Part shown: one piece after another, positions 7,103 through 15,134 of the stretch
Numbering within the stretch: the first letter of the stretch is position 1
How the letters are laid out: each line of letters starts with the position of its first letter
Origin: an uncultured Erysipelotrichaceae bacterium
GTDB lineage: Bacteria > Bacillota_I > Bacilli_A > RFN20 > CAG-288
Direction: 5' to 3'
Assembly (NCBI GenBank): GCA_902773085.1
Contig: CACYDF010000089.1
Coordinates: 1 to 54,459 of the forward strand
Length of the DNA stretch: 54,459 nt
The notes under the pieces: generated by a model
What the model saw: only the letters and a program-made list of their open reading frames with translations
Databases searched by the model: none
Told to the model about the DNA's origin: nothing
Position numbers and translations under genes: made by a program

Positions 7103-9943
7103 ATGACAAAAGAAGAAGCATTTAAATATTGGGAATTATTTTATCAAGGAAAAAAAGAAGCCTTTGATTATGCCAATATTTTAATGAAGAAAGAAGATTA
7201 TCTTAATAAGAAATCAAAATACGGATGGGCGATAGATAATAAAGATAATAAGACAATCGCATTAAATCAGAAAGAAACTTTCTTAAATACTTTTCCTTGT
7301 TCAATAACATCAATGAATATCAGACAAGGTAAACAACACTTCCATATTAATGGAAGAGAGTTTAATTTTGCTATTGATAAAAAGACTAAAGAAAAGAAAT
7401 TATATGAAATAAAAGGACGAGAAATGAAGTGTGTAGATCCACACCAAAGATTGCAAGAAAGACTCGATGATAAAGATAATGAAAAGATCATGGAAATCGC
7501 TGGAGTAAAAATTAAGGCAAGACAAGAATTAAATGGAAATCTTGTTTTAGTTGCTACAGACGAAGAACAATTAGTCACAGGTCTTTTTTCTCTTGCAGAT
7601 TACATAGATAAATTTAAAAGCAAAATTAAAGATAATAAAAACATATTAGTAGAACTTGTTCCACCACTGGCAAAAAGATTTGAAATACCTAAACAAATAT
7701 ATATCTCAACTGAAACAAATAGAAGCGAAGATATATTATTGTTTAGAGAAATGATTCTAAATAAAAATACAACTAATTTTGATTATAACGAAAGTGAACA
7801 CACTTTATATTGTTATGATGAAAATCAAACACGAAAAGAAGCTTTTATTAAAAAGAAACAAATGTTAAAAGATGAAATATATTTTTTAACAATTAGAATA
7901 GAAGGAGATAAAGGATTATTATCAATGTTCTTTTCTGAAGAAATTGATGATGATAATGAAGAAGAAAAAGCCCCTGAAATTGATGCCTCCTTCACTTTCA
8001 ACTTAAATAAACATGATTTTACTCAAGAATTGAAGAAAGAAGAAACAAAGGCTCAAGAAGAACCTAAACAAGAAGTTAAAGAAGAAGCAAAACCAAGTGA
8101 AGAAGTTGAAGAAATAATAGAAGAAGAAAAAGAAGAACAACCTCAAGAAGAGGAAGTTTTAGAAGAGATTAATGAAGAAATAGATCAAGAAGCACAAGAC
8201 GATATCCCAACTCCGCCTGTACAAGAAGAAATACCTAAAGAAGAAGAGGAGATAGAAGAAGAGAAAGAAGAAAAAGTAGAACCAGAAGAAATTGAAGAAG
8301 AACATCAAGATGTAGAAGAACAAGAAGTAGAAGATAGCGAAGATACTCAAGAAATCGTTAATGAAAAATACAATCATAGATTTGATACTCTTTTAAAGAT
8401 TAATAAAGAAGAAATAAGAAGAGACTTAGAAAGATTAAGCCTTGAAAAAGCAAAGAAAGAGATGAAAGAGGAAGAAGAAAAAGCACGTCTAAAAGAACAA
8501 GAGCGTGCAAGAGAAAAAGAAGAACAAGAAGAACAAAAGAAGTTAAAAGATTATATCGAACAAGAAAACTATAAAACAAAGATATTTAAAAAAGCAGATT
8601 TAATAAAAGAAGAAAGAAAAGAAGTAGAAGAAGTTGCAAAGATAGTTGCAGATGATATTGAAAAGAAAAAACAAGAAAAAAGAGAACAAGAAGAAAGAGA
8701 AAGAAAAGCTTACGAAGAAAAAATAAGACTTGAAGAAAAAGCAAAACAAGAAGAGGAAGAAAGAGCAAGATTAGAAGAGGAAAGAATTAAGGAAGAAGAA
8801 AGAAGAAAAATCGAAGAAGAGCTTGAAAAGAAAAACAAAGAACTTCAAGAAGAAGTCCAAGAAACAGATTTTATTAAAATTACAGAAGAACTTGAAAGAC
8901 AAGCTATAGAAGAAAATCAAGAAAACATAGAATCACTTGGAGACTTATTAGAAGGAGATATTCCTTCTCAAGAACAAGAAACAACAATTCAACTTGAAGA
9001 TGAAGAAGAAAACGAAGAAACAGAAAAGAAAAGAAAAGAAGAAATTGTAGCTAAACAATTATTTAGAAAAATCTATGGTGATAATGCTGAAAAAGGAAAA
9101 GACTTTGCAGGAAGAACAATCGCTTTTTCAGATTATGCAAATTACTCTTCTGATACAGGATGGGATTACATATTATTAAAAGATACTTTTGGAATAGAAT
9201 TAGAAAATGTTGTTCTAGCCAATGTTCAAACTTTAGGAGAATTTAAATTAAATCAAAAGTTTGAAAGTAATGGACATATTTTCTATATGACAAAAGTTGG
9301 CGAAAAAAATATATTACAAAGTGATGACGTTTTAATTAATCCATTTAGTTATTATGAAGCAAAAAGATTATCTAATATAAATAAGAAAACAAAGAAGAAT
9401 CTTGTTTATTTATATATTAAATGTACAGAGTATGATGGACTAAGTGTTCAAAGTGAACACTTCAATATATTTGTAGACTTTATTCAAAGAAGTATTTATA
9501 AGATGATAATCACTTCATTAGTTAAATTTGAAGTTGGTAAAGACTATATCTTTATTTCATTAGATGGTGATAGAAACGAAGCATTTGAAGAAGCATATAA
9601 TTACGCAGTATTATTAAACTCATATAGAAAAGAATTAAAGAAAGATAAAATTATAAATGCAATTATCGTTCTTTCATCTATGGAAACACATCATTTAAAT
9701 ATAAATAAGTCAGCAAAAGATATAGCCTTAACAGATTCAACATTTAAAGCAATTGTAGAAGAATTAAGTAAAAAGAGTATTGATCCAACAATAAAAAGAG
9801 CAATTCATATTGGACCAGAAGTCCTTAATCATCTAGCTGTAGAAAGAAATCTACTATCAAAATCAAGGCTTATTCAAAATTTAGTAAAAGAAGAATATTA
9901 TGAATGTAAATTTGTTTACATGCTTAATAGAGAAGTTTTTTAG
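7103..9943 (+). CDS. Large hypothetical protein: two diverged terminal modules separated by a polyacidic / ER-K-rich low-complexity region
   Basis: 946-aa uninterrupted ORF starting 1 nt after the dnaN stop (TAA-A-ATG). No family recognised with confidence. Confidence 0.85.
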   Translation: MTKEEAFKYWELFYQGKKEAFDYANILMKKEDYLNKKSKYGWAIDNKDNKTIALNQKETFLNTFPCSITSMNIRQGKQHFHINGREFNFAIDKKTKEKKLYEIKGREMKCVDPHQRLQERLDDKDNEKIMEIAGVKIKARQELNGNLVLVATDEEQLVTGLFSLADYIDKFKSKIKDNKNILVELVPPLAKRFEIPKQIYISTETNRSEDILLFREMILNKNTTNFDYNESEHTLYCYDENQTRKEAFIKKKQMLKDEIYFLTIRIEGDKGLLSMFFSEEIDDDNEEEKAPEIDASFTFNLNKHDFTQELKKEETKAQEEPKQEVKEEAKPSEEVEEIIEEEKEEQPQEEEVLEEINEEIDQEAQDDIPTPPVQEEIPKEEEEIEEEKEEKVEPEEIEEEHQDVEEQEVEDSEDTQEIVNEKYNHRFDTLLKINKEEIRRDLERLSLEKAKKEMKEEEEKARLKEQERAREKEEQEEQKKLKDYIEQENYKTKIFKKADLIKEERKEVEEVAKIVADDIEKKKQEKREQEERERKAYEEKIRLEEKAKQEEEERARLEEERIKEEERRKIEEELEKKNKELQEEVQETDFIKITEELERQAIEENQENIESLGDLLEGDIPSQEQETTIQLEDEEENEETEKKRKEEIVAKQLFRKIYGDNAEKGKDFAGRTIAFSDYANYSSDTGWDYILLKDTFGIELENVVLANVQTLGEFKLNQKFESNGHIFYMTKVGEKNILQSDDVLINPFSYYEAKRLSNINKKTKKNLVYLYIKCTEYDGLSVQSEHFNIFVDFIQRSIYKMIITSLVKFEVGKDYIFISLDGDRNEAFEEAYNYAVLLNSYRKELKKDKIINAIIVLSSMETHHLNINKSAKDIALTDSTFKAIVEELSKKSIDPTIKRAIHIGPEVLNHLAVERNLLSKSRLIQNLVKEEYYECKFVYMLNREVF
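7937..9043 (+). repeat. Purine-rich (GAA/AAG-dominated) low-complexity coding tract
   Basis: Encodes EEIDDDNEEEK...EEEKEEQPQEEEVLEE... (acidic), then ...EKARLKEQERAREKEEQEEQKKL...EERERKAYEEKIRLEEKAKQEEEERARLEEERIKEEERRKIEEELEKK (ER/K type). Confidence 0.8.
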
Positions 9944-9946
9944 TTA

Positions 9947-9962
9947 TATTTCACGTGAAACG
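9947..9962. promoter_or_regulatory. parS-like palindrome (candidate ParB/Spo0J binding site)
   Basis: TATTTCACGTGAAACG matches the Firmicutes parS consensus TGTTTCACGTGAAACA at 14 of 16 positions; the inner 12 bp TTTCACGTGAAA are a perfect palindrome. Intergenic, about 4 kb from oriC. Confidence 0.45.
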
Positions 9963-9973
9963 AGGTAAAAAGT

Positions 9974-11173
9974 ATGGGATTTATCGAAAAATTTAAAAGT
10001 TATGTTAAATATGAAACGACCTCCACCGAACCCAAAGAAAATTGCTGTTCTAATGCAATAATGTTAGATCTTGCATATCATCTTTTTAGTGAACTTCAGA
10101 AGCTAAAACCATATGAAATAAGTATTAATAAATTTGGTGTAGTAGATGCTAAACTTGCAGGAAGTAATAAAAAAGAACCAATATGTCTTTTAGCACATAT
10201 TGATACATCTAATCAAGTGAGTGGAAAAAATGTTAAGCCAATAGTAGAAAAATATTTAGGTAAAACTATTAAGTTAAAAAATAATAAAGTGTTATCTGAA
10301 AAAGACTTCCCATATTTAAAAAAATCAAAGAATCATACTATTGTTCATTCAGATGGAACAACACTTCTTGGTTCTGATGACAAAAGTGGTATTGCAATTA
10401 TCTTACAGGCAATAGAAGAAATAAAGAAAGAAAAGAAAGAACATCGAGAAATAGAAATAATCTTTACAACAGATGAAGAAATAGGAGTTGATGCAGAACA
10501 TATCTCAAGAGAAATAGTAAATGCAAAATATGGTTATACACTCGATGGAGGAGATATTGATTATGCATCAATAGAAACATTTTCTGCATATGGAGTAAAA
10601 GTAGAAGTAGAAGGAAAATCCATTCATCCAGGAGAAGCTAAAGATAAGATGGTAAATGCAAGTAATGTCTTTATTGCTTTTCATAATCTTTTACCAGAAA
10701 AACTTAGACCTGAAAATACTTGGAAAAAAGAACCTTTCTATCATCTCCTTGGAATGAAGGGACACGAAGAACATTTAGAAGCAAGTTACATAGTTAGATC
10801 TTTTGATGAACAAGAAATAAAAGACATGATTGAACTAATGAAAGAAAATGCAAAAAGAGTAAATTCTAAACTTGGTTATAATGCACTTAATTTAGTTATT
10901 AAAAGACAATATAAAAATATGAAGGCTGTACTTGATAAACATCCACAAATTCAAAGAGAAATAGAAGAAGCATATAAAAAATGTGGAAGAAGAGTAAAGT
11001 ATGAAGCAGTAAGAGGCGGAACAACAGGATCAAGATTATCGTATATGGGAATACCATGTCCTAATTTAGGAACAGGAGGATATAACTTCCATGGAGTATA
11101 CGAATATCTTGATGTTGACCAAGCTTTGGAAATGATAAAGATATTAAAGACAATAATAGCAGTGGAGAAATAA
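9974..11173 (+). CDS. pepT: Peptidase T (tripeptide aminopeptidase, M20B)
   Basis: LLAHIDTS, GSDDKSGIAIIL, FTTDEEIG and C-terminal RGGTTGSRLSYMGIPCPNLGTGGYNFHGVYEYL are characteristic PepT motifs. SD GAGG upstream. Confidence 0.92.
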   Translation: MGFIEKFKSYVKYETTSTEPKENCCSNAIMLDLAYHLFSELQKLKPYEISINKFGVVDAKLAGSNKKEPICLLAHIDTSNQVSGKNVKPIVEKYLGKTIKLKNNKVLSEKDFPYLKKSKNHTIVHSDGTTLLGSDDKSGIAIILQAIEEIKKEKKEHREIEIIFTTDEEIGVDAEHISREIVNAKYGYTLDGGDIDYASIETFSAYGVKVEVEGKSIHPGEAKDKMVNASNVFIAFHNLLPEKLRPENTWKKEPFYHLLGMKGHEEHLEASYIVRSFDEQEIKDMIELMKENAKRVNSKLGYNALNLVIKRQYKNMKAVLDKHPQIQREIEEAYKKCGRRVKYEAVRGGTTGSRLSYMGIPCPNLGTGGYNFHGVYEYLDVDQALEMIKILKTIIAVEK

Positions 11174-12100
11174 ATGGATAGTATTTTAAGTTCAGAAAAT
11201 TTATCTTTTATTTATTACGAAGAAGAACAAGAAAAACAAACAAAACCAATATCAATTTCTTTTGCAAGTAATGATAGAGTTTTAATAATAAATGATATTA
11301 AAACAGCAGGAACTATTTCTGAATATCTTTTAGGTAATAAAAAAAGTAAAGTAAATTATAAAAATAAAGAACTTAATAAAATGTATCAAAAAGAAAAAGA
11401 AGATTTTTGTTTTAGAAAAGTTTCTGTGATTGAAAATAACATAAATAAACAAATTAGTAACGACCATCTTATTCTTCCTCAATTAATTAAGAATATAAAG
11501 AAAACTTCTGATTTAAAAAAGAATATATATCTAGACAAAGTTCTTCACTATAAAGAAAAAGTCAAAGATATAAAAAAGAACAAAGCAGAAATTATTCAAA
11601 ACATATGTAAAAAAGAAATATTAACAATAGAAGAAGGAACAAAAGAATACAAAAAGATATTAAACGAAAACAAAAACAAAGTAGTAATAAAAAAACTAGA
11701 AGCAAGAAATGATTACATAGTAAATAAAGCAAAATTAGAATTAGATTTAGAAAAAAAAGAAAATAAAAAACAAATATTAAAAACCAAATTAAAATCTTCA
11801 ACTAAACAAGCAAGAGGAGAAATAGAAGCAGTACTAAAACAAGCAGGTATTACTTCTACATCATTCTTATTAAAGGCTTATGATAAAACTAGCACAAGTG
11901 AAAATAAAATAATAAATCTTCTTTCTGCCTTTACTGGAAAAAAAGAAATTCTTATTATTTCTTCGAGTCTCTTTGATCAAGAAGAAATGAAATTAATAAA
12001 TAAATTATTAGAATATAAAAACTTGTTATTCATTTACATTACTTCTGATAAAGAAGTTGAAAAAGAATATTTTAATAAAGTAATAAAAATTCAAAAATAA
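11174..12100 (+). CDS. ABC-ATPase-like protein with degenerate catalytic motifs and a Lys-rich coiled-coil insert (probable pseudo-ATPase)
   Basis: N-terminus aligns to ABC NBDs (LSSENLSFIY...ISISFASNDRVLIINDIKTAGTISEYLLG), but the Walker A GxxGxGKS is replaced by NDIKTAGT. C-terminus aligns to signature / Walker B / H-loop (TSTSENKIINLLSAFTGKKEILIISSSLFDQEE...LLFIYITSDKE) with LSGGQ, DE and H all lost. Starts at TAAATG right after pepT. Confidence 0.6.
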   Translation: MDSILSSENLSFIYYEEEQEKQTKPISISFASNDRVLIINDIKTAGTISEYLLGNKKSKVNYKNKELNKMYQKEKEDFCFRKVSVIENNINKQISNDHLILPQLIKNIKKTSDLKKNIYLDKVLHYKEKVKDIKKNKAEIIQNICKKEILTIEEGTKEYKKILNENKNKVVIKKLEARNDYIVNKAKLELDLEKKENKKQILKTKLKSSTKQARGEIEAVLKQAGITSTSFLLKAYDKTSTSENKIINLLSAFTGKKEILIISSSLFDQEEMKLINKLLEYKNLLFIYITSDKEVEKEYFNKVIKIQK

Positions 12101-12101
12101 A

Positions 12102-12120
12102 AGACCTAATCTTTAGGTCT
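12102..12120. terminator. Hairpin between convergent genes (bidirectional terminator candidate)
   Basis: AGACCTAA (12102-12109) / TTAGGTCT (12113-12120), perfect 8-bp stem. Overlaps the last codons of the minus-strand gene. Confidence 0.5.
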
Positions 12121-13026
12121 AATATCAATAATCTCTGGTTCTATTTCTTCATTGCTATTATTCGAATTATTATTAAAGGGAGAAGAAGAATTTGGGCTTG
12201 CTTTTGCAAATCCGTTAAAAGTAGAATCAGTTCGAGCTTTATTATAAGAGAAAGAAGAATTGTTTTGATTTGTATTCCTTGATTGGAAAGACGAATAATT
12301 AAAACTACTTTGTGTATTATTTGGAGTAGATGAAAAAGAATGATTAGTATTAGATTGATATGAAGCAGTTTCTTTCTTAGATGAAGCAGCACTAGCAAAA
12401 AGCTTCTTAGAATTTTTAGAGTTTATAGCAGTTACAATAATACTAACAAAACCGATGAAGATTAGTAATATACCGATAATAATTCCAATCATTCTTTCCC
12501 CGCCAGTTAAACCTTCAAATTCATCAACTAAATTATCATTAATAAATAAGTAAGCACCACCAAGACCTGCACAAGCAGCAGCTCCTAAAAAAGAAAAGAA
12601 AACTAAAAGACTAGAACCTTTTCTTTTTTTTCTGGTTTTAATTAAATAGAAAATATGAACAAATAACAAAAACGCAAAAGCAAAAAGACAAACGATAGTA
12701 ATTACTGCAAAAAGAGAATATACTACGCTAGATTTTAAAATTAAGACAAAGGCTATAGCAATAAAGGCAACTCCTAAAATAACATTTTGAGAAAAAGGAG
12801 ATTTATATATTACATATCCACTAATTAACGTTAATAATCCATAAATAATAAAAGCAATTCCTAAAATTAAAGCAAGACCTCGAAAAACTTCTTCTGGATT
12901 ATCAAATAAAGACAAGTGATAAAAAGAAAAAATACCACCCACAGCAATTAATATTACATATTGAACATACTTTAGCCATGAAAAGGTTCGTATCTTGGAT
13001 ATATTAATGTCAGGTGCATTTGCCAT
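12106..13026 (-). CDS. Integral membrane protein, HdeD/DUF308-like repeats, with Ser/Asn-rich C-terminal tail
   Basis: Six or so hydrophobic helices with repeated G-rich loops (GGIFSFYHL..., LALILGIAFIIYGLLTLISGYVIY), then a low-complexity tail SSFNYSSFQSRNTNQNNSSFSYN. Family call is tentative. Confidence 0.55.
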   Translation of the reverse strand: MANAPDINISKIRTFSWLKYVQYVILIAVGGIFSFYHLSLFDNPEEVFRGLALILGIAFIIYGLLTLISGYVIYKSPFSQNVILGVAFIAIAFVLILKSSVVYSLFAVITIVCLFAFAFLLFVHIFYLIKTRKKRKGSSLLVFFSFLGAAACAGLGGAYLFINDNLVDEFEGLTGGERMIGIIIGILLIFIGFVSIIVTAINSKNSKKLFASAASSKKETASYQSNTNHSFSSTPNNTQSSFNYSSFQSRNTNQNNSSFSYNKARTDSTFNGFAKASPNSSSPFNNNSNNSNEEIEPEIIDIRPKD

Positions 13027-13117
13027 ATAGTGAATATTATAATAAAAAAGGTGCTTTTCTTAAAGAAAAAAAGAAAAAAATTTTAATGTAAAATAAAAAC
13101 AAGTATAATAGTTATAT

Positions 13118-14764
13118 ATGGAAAGCGAAACACGACAACTTAAAGAAAAGAAACGTCTTCCTTGGTTCGTTAGATTTTTAAGAAACTTATTAATTGTCAT
13201 TATTATTTTAATAGGTGGAGTTTTTGCTGCTTTTTATGTTAATGACAAGACAGAAGTAGCTACTAACGATCAAACAAATGTACAAACAGTTTACTATTCA
13301 GCCTTATCAAAAAGTGTCGACGATATAGAAGAAACAAAGAAAATGAAATTTTCCCTTGAACAAATCTTTGTTAATTCAGTTATAAAAAAAGCAATTGATA
13401 GTGCAGGAGAAAAAGTAAAAAAATATATAACAGGGGCATATTTTGTTATAGAAGATAACAAATCATTTACAGCTGCAATTAAACTTAAAATAGCTTTTTT
13501 CTCGTCGCGTATTTCAATGAAGTGGGATTTTGAACAATATAATGGAGAAACAGAAGAAACAAGCGGATTCAAATTTAGATTAGCAGAAGTTAAAATTGGA
13601 AGAATTCCTGGATTTACTAATCTTATGCAAGCAATAGCTAGAGCTTTTAAAATAGAAACAATACTTGCGAACTTAGGATCTTCAATGGGACTATCAGCAG
13701 AAATAAATCTAGAAAGAAGAGAGATAACATATTCATATGCAAACTTTAAAAAAGATTTAAAAGGAATTATACAAAACACAAGAGAAGGGGAAGGATCAAC
13801 AAAATTAGAGATTTTTGAAGACTTCTTAGGAAGGATTATCTCTAAAGAAAATGTTGAAATGGCAATAGACAAAGAAAAAATTGAAGTAAATATAAGTTGT
13901 AATTCTTTATCTGCAGGAGATGTTGAAGAAAAAAGAATTCATTATGATTATAAAAAATTAAGAGAAATGATTAATATTCTACTTCCAAAAAATGAATCAT
14001 TAAAACAAAAAGATGTTTTACAATATTTAACTTATTATTATGTTCATGGCTATGACAACTCATCTTTAGCTACACAAGAAATGATGAAACAAATAGATTT
14101 TAGTGATTATACTGAAATATCTGACTATAAAACATATAATGGCATACTTCCATTTACCCAAGAATATAACCTTGAAGAAGAAATATATTATCAACTTTTC
14201 TCAGAAATACAAACAACCATTCAAAAAATTAATAATGGGGAACCAGTATTAGATTTAACAGACGCAAACTTTACAACAACAATGAGAGAAAATAGAACCA
14301 TCCTTGGTTATGCAAGTATTCTTGAAAGAGAAGAAGAAGGTAAAATAATATTCAACTTAATGAGTATTAAAGATTTCTATTGTGAAATAAATCAAAATGA
14401 AGTCGATTTTCACATTATTGTATCTTTAAATGGGCTTGATATGAATTTTGTATTAAAAACAAAAGTATCTACTAATATAGGAAATCATTTCCGTCTTTAT
14501 TTTGCTGTTGAACAACTTTTCTTAGGAGAAAACGAAGTAGACATTGATGCAATGAAAGAAATAATAAATGTTTTAGTTCAAAGTACTCAATATAAAAGTT
14601 TATTTGTTGTTACTCAAAACGGGAAACCTTTTATCTATTTAGATATAGATAACATTTTAAGTCGTCAAAATCCTCAAATACTAGATGCAATAAATGCTAA
14701 TAACAAAAGAGTAACTATTGAAGAAGGTTCTCAAAAAGACCATCTAGTATTATCATTTAAATAA
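13118..14764 (+). CDS. Hypothetical membrane-anchored protein (single N-terminal TM helix, large extracytoplasmic part)
   Basis: 548-aa ORF. N-terminal basic stretch then LLIVIIILIGGVFAAFYV helix. No recognisable catalytic motif. Confidence 0.8.
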   Translation: MESETRQLKEKKRLPWFVRFLRNLLIVIIILIGGVFAAFYVNDKTEVATNDQTNVQTVYYSALSKSVDDIEETKKMKFSLEQIFVNSVIKKAIDSAGEKVKKYITGAYFVIEDNKSFTAAIKLKIAFFSSRISMKWDFEQYNGETEETSGFKFRLAEVKIGRIPGFTNLMQAIARAFKIETILANLGSSMGLSAEINLERREITYSYANFKKDLKGIIQNTREGEGSTKLEIFEDFLGRIISKENVEMAIDKEKIEVNISCNSLSAGDVEEKRIHYDYKKLREMINILLPKNESLKQKDVLQYLTYYYVHGYDNSSLATQEMMKQIDFSDYTEISDYKTYNGILPFTQEYNLEEEIYYQLFSEIQTTIQKINNGEPVLDLTDANFTTTMRENRTILGYASILEREEEGKIIFNLMSIKDFYCEINQNEVDFHIIVSLNGLDMNFVLKTKVSTNIGNHFRLYFAVEQLFLGENEVDIDAMKEIINVLVQSTQYKSLFVVTQNGKPFIYLDIDNILSRQNPQILDAINANNKRVTIEEGSQKDHLVLSFK

Positions 14765-14793
14765 AAAAGGTTATATATTTTAAATATATAACC
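14762..14793 (-). terminator. Intrinsic terminator of rpmE
   Basis: GGTTATATATTT (14769-14780) / AAATATATAACC (14782-14793) inverted repeat. On the minus strand it is followed by a T-run (complement of AAAAAA 14763-14768). Confidence 0.6.
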
Positions 14794-14819
14794 CCATTAA
14801 ATATAAAGTAAAAATAAGA

Positions 14820-15047
14820 CTATTTTTTCTTTTCTTGTAAAGCTTTAGCAGCTTCTGCTTTTTTATTGAATTTTGCAACTCTACCAGTATCTGCAGTATA
14901 AGAAAGTTTTCCTGTATAGAAAGAGTGACAATGTGAACAAGTATCAACTTTAATTTCTTTGACAGTTGATCCAGTTTCAAAAGTTGTTCCACAAGTAAGA
15001 CAAGTTACTTTAGCACGATTATAATTAGGATGTATATCTTTTTTCAT
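14820..15047 (-). CDS. rpmE: 50S ribosomal protein L31 (Zn-ribbon, four-Cys type)
   Basis: MKKDIHPNY... start, CLTCG...CSHCH cysteines, and HSFYTGK motif. Confidence 0.94.
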   Translation of the reverse strand: MKKDIHPNYNRAKVTCLTCGTTFETGSTVKEIKVDTCSHCHSFYTGKLSYTADTGRVAKFNKKAEAAKALQEKKK

Positions 15048-15134
15048 CTTTGTTTCTCCTTTTTAGGCAACAACAATTTTAACATAGCAAAATAATAAGT
15101 GCAAGAAAAAGTGAAAAATTGCCTTACATAGTTC

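Noticed and set aside
13294-13872. Long antisense ORFs inside real genes: 192 aa at 13294-13872(-), 142 aa at 42645-43073(-), 122 aa at 30219-30587(-), 127 aa at 50272-50655(+), 106 aa at 21357-21677(-), 103 aa at 7267-7578(-), and the poly-Phe/Leu ORFs at 8159-8768(-).
   Set aside because: They lie opposite purine-rich coding strands, where the pyrimidine-rich complement rarely forms stop codons. Their products are low-complexity Leu/Phe/Ser/Ile strings without SDs. The sense-strand genes have clear homology or motifs.
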